Made by a program: the position numbers and the translations under genes
Part shown: positions 1 through 15,032 of the stretch, piece after piece
How positions within the stretch are numbered: the first letter of the stretch is position 1
Layout of the letters: each line of letters begins with the position of its first letter
Notes under the pieces: generated by a model
What the model saw: the letters and a program-made list of their open reading frames with translations, nothing else
What the model was told of the DNA's origin: nothing
The model's database searches: none
Assembly: GCA_031459715.1 (NCBI GenBank)
Contig: JAVKIA010000001.1
Coordinates: 144,824 to 208,823 of the forward strand
DNA: 64,000 nt
Direction of reading: 5' to 3'
Source of the DNA: Candidatus Humicultor tengchongensis
Lineage (GTDB): Bacteria > Sysuimicrobiota > Sysuimicrobiia > Sysuimicrobiales > Humicultoraceae

Positions 1-142
1 CTCCCTTCCTGCCGGGCGCGGTACAGTGGTAAGAGCCACGCATCGTGGAGTTCAGCGAGACCACTGTGAGGCGGGTGAACAGGGTGGAGGCCGATCCGGA
101 GAAGTGGATGCTCCAGTCCAGCTACACCAGCGATGCCCTCCC

Positions 143-3601
<3,459 letters not shown>

Positions 3602-3667
3602 GCGCGTGTCCGGGAGCCGCGGAGGAGGGCGTTCCGCTACAATAGGGAGGCCGGAGCGGGGTCGGTC

Positions 3668-4822
3668 ATGGCCAGAGAAGTCTACGCGGAGGAGATCGAG
3701 CAGTTCCTGGAGCGGCTGGAAGGGGTGGCCTCAGCCCGCGTCGTGGCCAACCAGGAAGGGCAGATCGAGCGCATCTTCCTGACCACGGAGAGCGTACGCG
3801 ATGACGGGGGGCTGCGCCGCCAGGTCAGCGCGGCACTGATGAGCGAATACGGCCTGCCCATCGAAGGGTGGCGCCTGCAGATCGCGCACCTGCGGCCCGA
3901 GCCCGGTCGGGTGCCTCCCGCCCGCTTCCGTCTATTCCGCATCGAGGAGACACTGACCGAGAGCGCCACGCGTGTCCTGGTGGACCTGCGGTACGACCGT
4001 CAGGGGGCGCAGAAGCAGGCGGTGGGGGTGGCCCAGTCCTCGCCCGGCGCCGCCTTCCGCCTGCGCACCGTGGCCCAGGCGACGCTGGAGGCCGCGAGCA
4101 GGGTCCTGGAGGACGTGGGGTGGAAGGCCGCCCTGGAGTCGGTGGCGGTGGTGCCCTTCGCCGGTGTCTCCGTGGCGCTGGTCGGGCTCACCCTGGCCGC
4201 CGCTGGCGGGGAGGTGGAGGGACCTCTGGTCCAGGTCGGCGGCGAGGTGGTGCGGACCAGCGAGACGGAGGCGGTGGTGAAGGCGACGCTGCGGGCGCTG
4301 GGACAGCTGCCCGACGAGGAGCTGCCGCGGCCGCGGGACCGGTGGAGCCGCATGGAGGAGATGCGTGCCCACTACCAGCGTCTCATCCGCCTTCCACAGG
4401 CCCCGCCATCCCCCGCGGCGCAGGGTCAGGCGCAGGCCGGTCCCCCGGCCAGTCCCCCTGGACAGGAGACCGTGGAGGACACCATCGCCAGCGTGCAGGA
4501 GATTCGTCCGGAAGTGCAGGGAGGTGCAGGGATGGCCACACGCGAGGAGCCGTACCGCGCCGAGGGCGGTCGCCCTGAAGGCGGCCGCGCCCCACGGGGC
4601 GGGATGGAAGACGACTTTTACCGCCGGCTGATCCACAGCGGGGTCGCCGTCCACATCCGCTGTCGCGACGGCTATGAGATCCCCGAGGCGGTGGTGCGGG
4701 ACTTCGGGACCTACAGCCTGCTGGTGCAGGCCCGGGGGGTGGAGGAGCTGATCTTCAAGCACGCCATCATCTCCATCCGCCCTCGGGCCCTCCTGCCACG
4801 GGAAGTCCCGGTGCAGGCCTAG
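3668..4822 (+). CDS. Hfq (Sm-like) domain protein with a ~300-aa uncharacterised N-terminal extension
   Basis: The C-terminal ~60 aa, '[56 protein letters not shown]', align with the Hfq Sm1/Sm2 region. The N-terminal 300 aa has no recognisable family, a Pro/Gly-rich linker and possible internal repeats. Confidence 0.6.
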   Translation: MAREVYAEEIEQFLERLEGVASARVVANQEGQIERIFLTTESVRDDGGLRRQVSAALMSEYGLPIEGWRLQIAHLRPEPGRVPPARFRLFRIEETLTESATRVLVDLRYDRQGAQKQAVGVAQSSPGAAFRLRTVAQATLEAASRVLEDVGWKAALESVAVVPFAGVSVALVGLTLAAAGGEVEGPLVQVGGEVVRTSETEAVVKATLRALGQLPDEELPRPRDRWSRMEEMRAHYQRLIRLPQAPPSPAAQGQAQAGPPASPPGQETVEDTIASVQEIRPEVQGGAGMATREEPYRAEGGRPEGGRAPRGGMEDDFYRRLIHSGVAVHIRCRDGYEIPEAVVRDFGTYSLLVQARGVEELIFKHAIISIRPRALLPREVPVQA

Positions 4823-4839
4823 GCCCGCCCGACGCCGGA

Positions 4840-6411
4840 GTGGGCGACCTGCAGAAGAGGGAGGCCCCCGTGGATCGGCTGGACGAGCTCCGCCGCCGCG
4901 CCCAGGCGGTCCTGGCCATGGGCGGCGAGGAGCGGATCCGCCGGCAGCATGCCGCGGGCAAGCTCACCGCCCGCGAGCGCCTGGACCTGCTGCTGGACGC
5001 GGGATCGTTTGTGGAGCTGGACCGCTTCGTCACCCACCGCGGCCGGGAGTTCGGCCTGGACCGGGTGGAAGCCCCGGCCGACGGCGTGGTCACCGGCTGG
5101 GGGACCATCGACGGCCGTCCGGTAGCCGTCTTCTCCCAGGACTTCACCGTGCTGGGCGGGTCGCTGGGTGAGGGGCACGCCGGGAAGATCGTCAAGGTCA
5201 TGGACCTGGCGCTTGGTAGCGGCATCCCCATCATCGGCCTCAACGACTCGGGCGGAGCCCGCATCCAGGAAGGGGTGGCCGCGCTGGGGGGGTACGCTGA
5301 GATCTTCCTGCGCAACGTGCTGGCCTCCGGCGTCGTCCCGCAGATCTCCGCGGTGCTGGGCCCCTGCGCCGGCGGCGCCGTCTACTCGCCGGCCATGACC
5401 GATTTCATCATCATGGTGCGCGGCACGTCCTACATGTACGTCACCGGCCCGCAGGTGGTGAAGGCAGTGACCCGCGAGGAGGTCAGCCACGAGGAGCTGG
5501 GCGGGGCGGGGGTGCACGCCACCAGGAGCGGCGTGGCCCACTTCGTGGCCGACGACGACGAGGAGGCTCTGGGGCTGGTGCGCCGGCTGCTGGCCTACCT
5601 GCCGCAGAACAACGTGGACGATCCGCCGCGCCTGGAGCCCAGCGACGACCCGGCGCGCATGGACGACGCCCTGAACACGCTGGTTCCGGAGGACCCGGCC
5701 AGGCCCTACGACATGCGCGAGGTCATCCGGCGCGTCGTCGATCACGGAGAGTTCCTGGAGGTGCACCGCGACTTCGCCCCCAACCTGCTGGTGGGCTTCG
5801 CCCGCCTCCACGGCCGGTCCGTCGGCATCGTGGCGCAGCAGCCCGCGGTGCTGGCCGGGGTGCTGGATATCGACTCCTCGGACAAGGGCGCCCGCTTCGT
5901 CCGTTTCTGTGACGCCTTCAACATCCCGCTGCTCACCTTCGTGGACGTGCCGGGGTTCATGCCGGGGACGGCCCAGGAGGCCGGCGGGATCATCCGTCAC
6001 GGGGCCAAGCTCCTCTACGCCTACTGCGAGGCCACAGTGCCCAAGCTGACGGTGATCACGCGCAAGGCCTACGGTGGAGCCTACGATGTGATGAGCAGCC
6101 GGCATATCCGCGGCGACCTGAACCTGGCCTGGCCCACCGCCGAGATTGCGGTGATGGGACCGGAGGGAGCCATCGATATCATCTTCCGCAAGGAGCTGGC
6201 TGAGGCCGAGGATCCCGAGGCGCGTCGCCGCAAGCTGGTTGACGCCTACCGCGCTCAGTTCGCCAACCCCTATGTGGCCGCCGCCCGCGGCTACATCGAC
6301 GACGTCATCGAACCGCGGGAGACCCGCCCCCGCCTCATCGCCGCCCTGGAGGTCCTGCAGGGCAAGCGCCAGCCAACCCCCAAGCGCAAGCATGGCAACA
6401 TCCCTCTCTGA
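4840..6411 (+). CDS. pccB: Acyl-CoA carboxylase carboxyltransferase subunit (propionyl-CoA carboxylase beta chain-like)
   Basis: GTG start. Typical carboxyltransferase motifs: '[21 protein letters not shown]', '[26 protein letters not shown]' and 'GGAYDVMSS'. 523 aa. Confidence 0.8.
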   Translation: MGDLQKREAPVDRLDELRRRAQAVLAMGGEERIRRQHAAGKLTARERLDLLLDAGSFVELDRFVTHRGREFGLDRVEAPADGVVTGWGTIDGRPVAVFSQDFTVLGGSLGEGHAGKIVKVMDLALGSGIPIIGLNDSGGARIQEGVAALGGYAEIFLRNVLASGVVPQISAVLGPCAGGAVYSPAMTDFIIMVRGTSYMYVTGPQVVKAVTREEVSHEELGGAGVHATRSGVAHFVADDDEEALGLVRRLLAYLPQNNVDDPPRLEPSDDPARMDDALNTLVPEDPARPYDMREVIRRVVDHGEFLEVHRDFAPNLLVGFARLHGRSVGIVAQQPAVLAGVLDIDSSDKGARFVRFCDAFNIPLLTFVDVPGFMPGTAQEAGGIIRHGAKLLYAYCEATVPKLTVITRKAYGGAYDVMSSRHIRGDLNLAWPTAEIAVMGPEGAIDIIFRKELAEAEDPEARRRKLVDAYRAQFANPYVAAARGYIDDVIEPRETRPRLIAALEVLQGKRQPTPKRKHGNIPL

Positions 6412-6412
6412 G

Positions 6413-7576
6413 ATGGATAGCGCCGACGTGGTGGTCATTGGCGGTGGGTGCACCGGCACCAGCACAGCCTTCCAGCTGGCGCGCCGGGGGGCGGGCCGCG
6501 TCCTACTGCTGGAGCAGGATCAGGTGGGAGGCGGGCCCACGGGTAAGTCCAGCGGCATCGTCCGCCTGCACTACTCTCTGGAGCCGTTGATCCGCCTGGC
6601 CCGGCGCAGCCTGGAGATCTTCCAGCGCTTCGCCGACCTGGTGGGGGGGACTGCCGACTTCCGCAGCACCGGGTTCCTCCTGCTGGCCGGAGAGGCCGAC
6701 CGCCCCCGGCTGGAGGCCAACGTCCGCCTGCAGTCCGCTCTGGGCGTGCGCACCTCGGTGCTCGGGCCGCACCAGCTGGCGGAGCTGGAACCGGCCATGC
6801 GCCTGGAGGACGTAACCGCGGCCGCCTTCGAGCCGGACTCCGGGTATGCCGACGGACACGCCACCAGCACATCGTTCGCCGCGGCGGCGCGACGCCACGG
6901 CGCGGTCGTCTCCCCCGGCACCGCCGCCAGGCGCATCGTCGTGGAGCGCGGCAGGGTGCAGGGGGTAGAGACCGATGCCGGGTGGATCCGCACCGCTCGC
7001 GTCCTGGTGGCCGCCGGACCGTGGACACCGCGCCTGCTGGAGCCGCTGGGCGTTCGCCTGCCCATCCGCGCCGTGCGCGTGCAGGTGGCCGCAGTGTATA
7101 TATCCGCGGTGGTCATCCGGCGGATCTGCGGCGACCTGCTGCGGGGCTTCTACCTGCGGCCCGATGTGGGCGGTCAGGTACTCCTGGGATCTCTGCAGGA
7201 GGCCGACGAGCAGGAGGTCTCCGTCGACCGCTACGACCAGGGGCTGGACTTCGCCTTCGCCGAGCGCGTGGGGCGGTGGCTGGCCTGGCGGTACCCGGCA
7301 GCGGCGGAGGGAGAAGTGCGCGGCGGGTTTGCCAGCCTCTACGACGTCACCCCCGACTGGCAGCCGGTGCTGGGGCCGGTGGAGGGTGTGGAGGGGCTCT
7401 TCGTCGCCGCGGGGTTCAGCGGACACGGTTTCAAGCTCAGTCCCGCCCTGGGCGAGGTCCTGGCGCAGTACCTGCTCGGCGAGCGTCCCGCCATCGACCT
7501 GGGGATCTTTCGTCCCTCGCGCTTCGTGGAAGGGGCCCTCATCCGCAGCCCCTACGAGTACGGCATTCTGGGCTGA
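6413..7576 (+). CDS. FAD-dependent oxidoreductase (DAO / glycine-sarcosine oxidase-like family)
   Basis: ATG 1 nt after the pccB stop. N-terminal Rossmann dinucleotide motif 'VVVIGGGCTGTSTAFQLARRG'. C-terminal 'GFSGHGFKLSPALGE', typical of the DAO family. Confidence 0.75.
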   Translation: MDSADVVVIGGGCTGTSTAFQLARRGAGRVLLLEQDQVGGGPTGKSSGIVRLHYSLEPLIRLARRSLEIFQRFADLVGGTADFRSTGFLLLAGEADRPRLEANVRLQSALGVRTSVLGPHQLAELEPAMRLEDVTAAAFEPDSGYADGHATSTSFAAAARRHGAVVSPGTAARRIVVERGRVQGVETDAGWIRTARVLVAAGPWTPRLLEPLGVRLPIRAVRVQVAAVYISAVVIRRICGDLLRGFYLRPDVGGQVLLGSLQEADEQEVSVDRYDQGLDFAFAERVGRWLAWRYPAAAEGEVRGGFASLYDVTPDWQPVLGPVEGVEGLFVAAGFSGHGFKLSPALGEVLAQYLLGERPAIDLGIFRPSRFVEGALIRSPYEYGILG

Positions 7577-7700
7577 GCCGCCTGGCACCGCCCTGCTCTG
7601 GCCATGGAGCACCCTGCCCTCCTACAGGAGTCTCCCGGTGCAAGGGTGAATACCCTACCCGCGCCCGACCTCTGTGAGCACTCGAGGACTACGTGTCGCC

Positions 7701-8174
7701 ATGAAACTGGAGCACGTCGACCCCGGCGACAGGAAGTTCCGGGACTGGATGCGCCACTACCGCGAGGAGATCAACGGGGAGGCGCCTCCGGAGGAGTGGC
7801 TGGACCAGTACCTGAAGGTCCTCTTCCGGGACCAGGGCAAGACGCGACACATCTGGTGGGCGGTGGACCAGGGACGGAAGGTGGGCTTCGCCATCGCCAC
7901 CCTGCAGCGGGGGATGGTGGACGGGCGGGCCCAGGGGATGATTGCCGAGTTTTTCATCTACCCGGAATACCGCCGTGAGGGGCTCGGCCGCCGCCTGGCC
8001 GAGGCGGTGATCACCTTCCTCAAGGCGCAGGGCGCGGGCGAGATCTACGCCGCCGTGGTGGCGGGCAACGTCCGCGGGCTGCGCTTCTGGGAGGCGTGCG
8101 GGTTCCAGATCGCCCGCTACTCCATGGTCTACCGGCCGGACGCCCGGCGTGAGGAGGAGGACGAAGAGCTCTGA
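7701..8174 (+). CDS. GNAT-family N-acetyltransferase
   Basis: Acetyl-CoA-binding motif 'YRREGLGRRLAEAV' and GNAT core 'WWAVDQGRKVGFAI...IAEFFIYPEYR'. The ATG at 7701 is in frame with ORF 7674. Confidence 0.7.
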   Translation: MKLEHVDPGDRKFRDWMRHYREEINGEAPPEEWLDQYLKVLFRDQGKTRHIWWAVDQGRKVGFAIATLQRGMVDGRAQGMIAEFFIYPEYRREGLGRRLAEAVITFLKAQGAGEIYAAVVAGNVRGLRFWEACGFQIARYSMVYRPDARREEEDEEL

Positions 8175-8247
8175 GGAGTGAAGGAAGCGCTGCCGTCGCA
8201 GGTCTTGCTGATCCCGCTCCTCTGCGTGCGGTGTCTCTCATCTTCCG

Positions 8248-9741
8248 GTGCGCATCCGCCGCCTGCTGATTGCCAACCGCGGTGAGATTGCCGTCCGCAT
8301 CATCCGGGCGTGCCGCGCGCTGGGTGTCGTCCCCCTGGCCGTCTTCTCCCCGGTGGACCGGAGCGCGCCGCACGTGCGCCTGGCGGCGGAGGCCTGGCCG
8401 CTGCCGGGCGACTCTCCGGCTGAATCCTACCTGAACATCCCCCGCCTGCTGGAGATCGCCCGCGCCGCAGAGGCCGACGCCCTCCACCCCGGCTACGGCT
8501 TCCTCGCGGAGAACCCGGCCTTCGCCGCCGCCTGCGCCGCCGCGGGGGTGATCTTCGTGGGTCCGCCGGCCGAGGTGCTGGCGCGGTGTGGCGACAAGGT
8601 GACGGCCCGGCAGCGGATCGCCGCCGCCGGCGTCCCGGTCCTGCCGGGAACCGGAGCGGTGGACGACCGGGAGGCAATCGCTGCCGCCGATGTGGTGGGC
8701 TATCCGCTGCTGATCAAGGCGGTTGGGGGCGGAGGGGGAAAGGGAATCCACCTGGTGGAGTCGGCGGCTGACCTGCCATCAGCGCTGCGGCTGGCCCGGG
8801 GAGAGGCGGTCGCCGCCTTCGGCGACCCGCGGCTGTACCTGGAGCGGTGGCTGGACCGTCCGCGGCACGTGGAGGTGCAGGTGCTGGCCGACGCCCGCGG
8901 GGAGGTCGTCCACCTGGGGGAACGGGAGTGCTCGGTGCAGCGGCGCCACCAGAAGGTGATCGAGGAGTCCCCCGCGCCAGCCCTGACCCCCGCGCTGCGC
9001 GACCGCCTGGGTATGGCGGCGGTGGCCGCGGCCCGCGCCGTGGGGTACGTCAACGCCGGGACGGTGGAGTTCCTCCTGGACGGGGAGGCCTTCTACTGCA
9101 TCGAGGTGAACGCGCGGCTGCAGGTGGAACACCCCGTCACAGAGATGGTGACGGGGGTGGACCTGGTGGAGGCGCAGCTGCGCATCGCCGGGGGCGAGCC
9201 GCTGTGGTTGGGTCAGGACCAGGTGGTCCTGCGGGGGCACGCCATCGAGTGCCGCGTGGGCGCCGAGGACCCGCACCACGGCTTTCTCCCGTCGCTGGGG
9301 GTGATTGTGGAGGTGCGCGAACCCGCAGGGCCGGGCGTGCGGGTGGACAGCGGACTTGTGCCGGGGCTGCCGGTGTCACGGTACTACGATCCGCTGCTGG
9401 CCAAGGTGATCACCTGGGGTCCCTCCCGCTCCACCGCCCTCGACCGCATGGCCGCCGCTCTGGACGAAATGGCCGTCTCCGGCGTGCGGACCACCCTGCC
9501 CTTCCTCCGCTGGGCAGTGCGCGATCCGGCATTCCGCGCGGGGGCCTACGACATCCGCTTCGCCCAGCGCTGGGACCGGCGGCTGGACGAGCAGCCACCG
9601 GACCGGGAGGCGCAGGAGGTCTCGGTGATCGCCGCCTCCCTCTGGACCCACCAGCGGCTGCGGGCAAGGGCGCGTCGCCAGGTGCCGGCGGATGGCTGGC
9701 AGCGGGTGGCCCGGCTGGAGGCGCTGCGAGGCGGGATGTGA
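8248..9741 (+). CDS. accC: Biotin carboxylase (ATP-grasp) subunit of the acyl-CoA carboxylase
   Basis: GTG start. 'RRLLIANRGEIAVRIIRA', 'CGDKVTARQ', an ATP-grasp fold and 'EVNARLQVEHPVTE'. It has no C-terminal biotinyl domain; that is a separate ORF. Confidence 0.85.
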   Translation: MRIRRLLIANRGEIAVRIIRACRALGVVPLAVFSPVDRSAPHVRLAAEAWPLPGDSPAESYLNIPRLLEIARAAEADALHPGYGFLAENPAFAAACAAAGVIFVGPPAEVLARCGDKVTARQRIAAAGVPVLPGTGAVDDREAIAAADVVGYPLLIKAVGGGGGKGIHLVESAADLPSALRLARGEAVAAFGDPRLYLERWLDRPRHVEVQVLADARGEVVHLGERECSVQRRHQKVIEESPAPALTPALRDRLGMAAVAAARAVGYVNAGTVEFLLDGEAFYCIEVNARLQVEHPVTEMVTGVDLVEAQLRIAGGEPLWLGQDQVVLRGHAIECRVGAEDPHHGFLPSLGVIVEVREPAGPGVRVDSGLVPGLPVSRYYDPLLAKVITWGPSRSTALDRMAAALDEMAVSGVRTTLPFLRWAVRDPAFRAGAYDIRFAQRWDRRLDEQPPDREAQEVSVIAASLWTHQRLRARARRQVPADGWQRVARLEALRGGM

Positions 9742-10265
9742 AGTACGTCGTCAGCGGCGCCGGCCTCGATGTGGAGGTAGAGGTGGTGGAGGTCCCCGGT
9801 GGAGGCTACCGCGTCCGCCTGGAGGGGAAGGAGTATGATGTCCGATGGAATCCCGCCCTGGGCGGCACGCACTGGTGGCTGGAGTGGGACAGCCGGCGGC
9901 AGGTCGTGGTGGTGGAGTCTGAGGGCGACCTGGTGGGCGTGACACTGGCGGTCGACCACCTGGATCTCCGGGTGGCTCCGGCCAGTCCCCTGCACCGTCC
10001 AGGCCGTGCGCCGGACCGGGCGCTGCCCGCGGTAGAGGTGCGCGCGCCGATGCCCGGGCTGCTGGTGGCCGTGGAAGTACGGGCGGGCCAGGCGGTGGGC
10101 GCCGGAGAGGCGGTGGCGGTGATCGAGGCGATGAAGATGCAGATGGAGCTCCGCACGCCCGCAGCGGGGACGGTGCGGGAGGTGCGGGCGAGCGCCGGCG
10201 GTGAGGTCTCAGCCGGAGACGTGATCGTGGTGCTGCAACCGGATCGGGCAGCGGGGGCGGTGTGA
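9738..10265 (+). CDS. Biotin carboxyl carrier protein (biotinyl/lipoyl attachment domain)
   Basis: GTG overlaps the accC stop (ATGTGA). The C-terminus, '[38 protein letters not shown]', carries the AMKM biotinylation motif. The start is uncertain. Confidence 0.65.
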   Translation: MKYVVSGAGLDVEVEVVEVPGGGYRVRLEGKEYDVRWNPALGGTHWWLEWDSRRQVVVVESEGDLVGVTLAVDHLDLRVAPASPLHRPGRAPDRALPAVEVRAPMPGLLVAVEVRAGQAVGAGEAVAVIEAMKMQMELRTPAAGTVREVRASAGGEVSAGDVIVVLQPDRAAGAV

Positions 10266-10266
10266 G

Positions 10267-11828
<1,562 letters not shown>

Positions 11829-11832
<4 letters not shown>

Positions 11833-12773
11833 GCCTTCCGGTCGAGGCCCTGGTCGCCCAGGTGCTGGCCGGGTCTCATCAGGCGGCGGCACGGCTCATC
11901 TCCCTGGTGGAGGACGGGGAGCCCGAGGGCCGGGAAGCGCTGCGCGCCCTCCTGCCGCACGCCGGGCGGGCCTACACCATAGGGATCACCGGCCCGCCGG
12001 GGGCGGGCAAGTCCACCCTGGTCGACGCCCTGACCGCGCTGCTGCGAGCCGAAGGCCGCCAGGTGGGGATCATCGCCGTGGACCCGACCAGCCCCTTCAG
12101 CGGCGGGGCGCTCCTGGCGGACAGAGTGCGGATGCAGGCGCACGCCACCGACCCCGGGGTCTTCGTCCGCAGCATGGCCACGCGAGGTCACCTGGGAGGG
12201 CTGGCCCCGGCCACGGGCGACGTGGTGCGCATCCTGGACGCGCTGGGATGCAACACCATCCTCATCGAGACGGTGGGCGCAGGGCAGGGGGAGGTGGACG
12301 TGGTAAGCGCCGCAGACACGATCGCCGTCGTCACCGTCCCGGGCCTGGGCGACGCCGTGCAGATGCTCAAGGCCGGGATCATGGAGATCGGAGACCTCTT
12401 CGTGGTCAACAAGGCCGACCGCCCGGATGCGGAGCGGACTGTCACCGAGATCAGCGCCATGCTCCGGCTGGCCCCCCCGGGGGGGTGGCAGCCTCCGGTG
12501 CTGAAGACGGTGGCCCTGCGGGGGGAGGGGGTGGGGGAGGTACTGGGGGCGATCCATGGCCACCGTGCCTACCTGGAGGCGGAAGGGCTGCTCGCCATCC
12601 GCCGGCGTGAGAGGCGGAAGGCGGAGATCCTTCGGGCCCTGCAGACCCGGATCAGCGAGGAGGTGGTGGCGCGGGCTCGCGCCGACGGGACGCTGGAGGC
12701 CCTGGTCGAGGCGGTAGCCGAGGGACGTCTGGACCCCCATACCGCTGCAATAAGCCTGCTACGCGGGATCTGA
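11829..12773 (+). CDS. meaB: Methylmalonyl-CoA mutase-associated GTPase MeaB/ArgK
   Basis: P-loop '[12 protein letters not shown]' and 'VNKADR' G4 motif. The GTG overlaps the mutase stop. Confidence 0.85.
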
Positions 12774-12820
12774 GTCCGCAACGGGCCCCGGTGGCCTCGG
12801 GCCAGGCGGCGGCCTTAATG

Positions 12821-12850
12821 CGTCCGGCCGCGTGCGGACGATTATTCGCT
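12821..12850 (+). terminator. Candidate intrinsic terminator after meaB (6-bp GC stem cgtccg/cggacg followed by ATTATTCGCTT)
   Basis: Inverted repeat 12821-12826 / 12835-12840 with a U-rich tail, about 50 nt after the meaB stop. Confidence 0.35.
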
Positions 12851-12878
12851 TCAGAGGAAGAGCCGGACCGAGAGCGGA

Positions 12879-12907
12879 TTGTCACCTGCGCCCAGATCTG
12901 CTATAGT
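12879..12907 (+). promoter_or_regulatory. Sigma-A-type promoter (TTGTCA-17-TATAGT) for the 3D/G5 gene
   Basis: -35 TTGTCA at 12879-12884, a 17-nt spacer and -10 TATAGT at 12902-12907, about 80 nt upstream of the ATG at 12988. Confidence 0.4.
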
Positions 12908-12987
12908 CGTCCGCAGTGAGCCCTGGGGTGCAATGATTAGCCTCAGGGTTCGATGTTTCATGCAGCTGGATCCCTGGAGGTGGTGGC

Positions 12988-14109
12988 ATGAGGGGTGGCA
13001 TGCCCTCGCCCCCGCACGGCTCCCCGGTGTCAGTTCTCGCCCTCCCTGCTCGGCGCAGTTCCTCGGCCTGGCTCTCCCCATTGCTGATCGGTTTGACCGT
13101 CGCCCTGGCTGGTGCATCGACCGGATACTCCGCCGCCAACCTGCGGCAGCCCGGGGTGCAGGGCCCGGTCAGGCGCCACCCGCAGGCCCGAGCCCTCTCC
13201 GCCCTCCCCTTCTTCCCCCCAGCGCCCTCCCGGTCTGCTCCCTCCAGGGCAGAGGTCCTCTCCCCGGTCCTCCAGCGGCGACCCGCCCCGGTCCCCGATC
13301 CTCTGGCCCGGCTGGTGGACGATCCCGTGGTGAGGCAGGTGCCTGCCAGGCCGGAGCGGGCCATCCCCCTGACGGTCATCGCCGATGGGAAGGTCTACCA
13401 GCTCAAGAGCGCCTCTCGCACCCCGGGGGAGGCGCTGGATGACCTGCAGATCCGGCTGAGGCCGGGCGACCGGATCTTCCCCGCCGGGGAGGGACCTCTC
13501 TGGCCGGGAGCGACCGTCCGGGTCATCCGCATCCGCACGGCCGCGGTAGCCAAGCGCGTTCCCCTCCCCGTGCCCGTCGTCTACCGGTCCGATCCCACCC
13601 TGCCCCGGGGTCGGGTCGTGGTCACCCGGGGACGTCCCGGGGTCAAAGTGCAGCGCTTCCTCCAGACCTTCGCCGACGGGAAGCTGGTCTCGCAGTCGTT
13701 CCTGAGCCAGGAGGTGATCCGCCCCAGTACCCCGCAGGTGGTGCGCAGAGGCACAAGGTTCCTGGTCGCCTCGCGGGGGGCCTTCACCGGATATGAGTAC
13801 CTGGACATGGTGGCCACCGCCTACGCTCCCTGGTGCTGCCGCGGGGTGGATCACGTCACCGCCACGGGCCGGCGCGCCGGGTACGGCGTGGTCGCCGTTG
13901 ACCCGCGGGTCATCCCTCTGGGCAGCCAGGTCTACGTCGAAGGCTACGGCTATGCTATCGCCGGAGACGTGGGCAGCGCCATCAAGGGGCTGCGCATAGA
14001 CCTGGGCATGGACACCACGCGCCTGGCCAGGCAGTTCGGTCGCCGTTCGGTGCGTGTCTACATAATCCAGAAGGCCCCGCCAAAGCGTCCCGCGAACACC
14101 CAGACGTGA
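12988..14109 (+). CDS. YabE-like cell-wall protein (Pro-rich N-terminus, DUF348/G5 domain, C-terminal 3D domain)
   Basis: G5-like 'VPVVYRSDPTLPRGRVVVTRGRPGVKVQRF' and a 3D-domain C-terminus ('VATAYAPWCCRGVDHVTATG...VDPRVIPLGSQVYVEGYGYAIAGDVGSAIKG'). There is an N-terminal signal/TM segment. Its position 5' of rsmA mirrors Bacillus yabE-ksgA. Confidence 0.75.
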   Translation: MRGGMPSPPHGSPVSVLALPARRSSSAWLSPLLIGLTVALAGASTGYSAANLRQPGVQGPVRRHPQARALSALPFFPPAPSRSAPSRAEVLSPVLQRRPAPVPDPLARLVDDPVVRQVPARPERAIPLTVIADGKVYQLKSASRTPGEALDDLQIRLRPGDRIFPAGEGPLWPGATVRVIRIRTAAVAKRVPLPVPVVYRSDPTLPRGRVVVTRGRPGVKVQRFLQTFADGKLVSQSFLSQEVIRPSTPQVVRRGTRFLVASRGAFTGYEYLDMVATAYAPWCCRGVDHVTATGRRAGYGVVAVDPRVIPLGSQVYVEGYGYAIAGDVGSAIKGLRIDLGMDTTRLARQFGRRSVRVYIIQKAPPKRPANTQT

Positions 14110-15032
14110 CCCTTCCACTGGGCGACCCGGGGGAACTGGCCACCCCCGCCGGGACCGCCCGCATCCTGCGCGCCTTTGCCATCCGCCCCCGCAAGCGCCT
14201 GGGGCAGCACTTCCTCGTCAGCCGCCGCGTGCTGCAGCGCCTGCTGGCTGAGGCCGACCTCCGCCCCGGCGAACTGGCCCTGGAGGTAGGTGCCGGCCTG
14301 GGCACGCTCACCGTGGCTCTGGCTGCCACGGGAGCGGCGGTGGTGGCCGTGGAGGTGGACGAACGGCTGATCCCCGTGCTGCGCGCCGCCACCGCCGGAT
14401 GTCAGGCGGTTCGCATCGTGCACGGTGACATCATGGCGCTGGACCCGGTGGCCCTCACCCTGGGGCACCCCGCGGTGAAGCTGGTGGCCAACCTGCCCTA
14501 CCAGATTGCCTCCCCGCTGCTGGTGCGCTGCCTGGAGACGCTCCCCGCGCTGACTCGCGCCGTGGTCACCGTGCAGGCGGAGGTGGCGGAGCGCATCCAG
14601 GCCTCGCCAGGGAGCCCGGCCTACGGGGCGCTCTCGGTGGCGGTGCAGTTCCGGGCCCGGGCCCGCAGGGTGCTGCGGGTGCCACCCGGCGCCTTTTTGC
14701 CTCCGCCGCAGGTGCACTCGGCGGTACTGCGGCTGGACGTCCTCCCGGCGCCGCGGGTGCGGGTGCGCGACGCGGCCCTCTTCTTCGCCGTGGTGCGCGC
14801 CGCCTTCGGCCAGCGGCGCAAGATGCTGCGCCGCGCTCTGGCGGCGGCCTGGCCCACTGCTGCGGCGGAGCTGCCCGAGATCTGTGCGCGCGCAGGAATC
14901 GACCCACAGCGCCGGGGCGAGACGCTCACCCTGGCGGAGTTTGCCGCCCTGACGGATGCCCTGGCTGAGGCCCTGCGCCATAATGGAGAGGGAAGAGGAA
15001 GCGGCTCTCCTCCCCCAGGAGGTAGGTCATGA
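14106..15032 (+). CDS. rsmA: 16S rRNA (adenine1518/1519-N6)-dimethyltransferase
   Basis: 'LGQHFLVSRRVLQRLL', SAM motif 'LEVGAGLGTLT' and 'LVANLPYQIASPLL'. Confidence 0.85.
   Translation: MTLPLGDPGELATPAGTARILRAFAIRPRKRLGQHFLVSRRVLQRLLAEADLRPGELALEVGAGLGTLTVALAATGAAVVAVEVDERLIPVLRAATAGCQAVRIVHGDIMALDPVALTLGHPAVKLVANLPYQIASPLLVRCLETLPALTRAVVTVQAEVAERIQASPGSPAYGALSVAVQFRARARRVLRVPPGAFLPPPQVHSAVLRLDVLPAPRVRVRDAALFFAVVRAAFGQRRKMLRRALAAAWPTAAAELPEICARAGIDPQRRGETLTLAEFAALTDALAEALRHNGEGRGSGSPPPGGRS

Noticed and set aside
1-142. Possible 3' end of an upstream thrC gene in the first 142 nt.
   Set aside because: Too short to assign. The in-frame extension of the thrB ORF (from 26) gives an implausible N-terminus, so it is left unannotated.
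12783-12803. GC-rich imperfect inverted repeat right after the meaB stop.
   Set aside because: Only 5 contiguous pairs with an irregular interior. The better terminator candidate is the hairpin plus U-tail at 12821-12850.
12908-12987. c-di-AMP (ydaO-type) riboswitch upstream of the yabE-like 3D/G5 gene, where it often occurs in Firmicutes and Actinobacteria.
   Set aside because: The leader between the predicted -10 and the ATG is only ~80 nt. That is too short for the ~120-150-nt pseudo-symmetric ydaO fold, and no conserved ydaO sequence blocks were seen.
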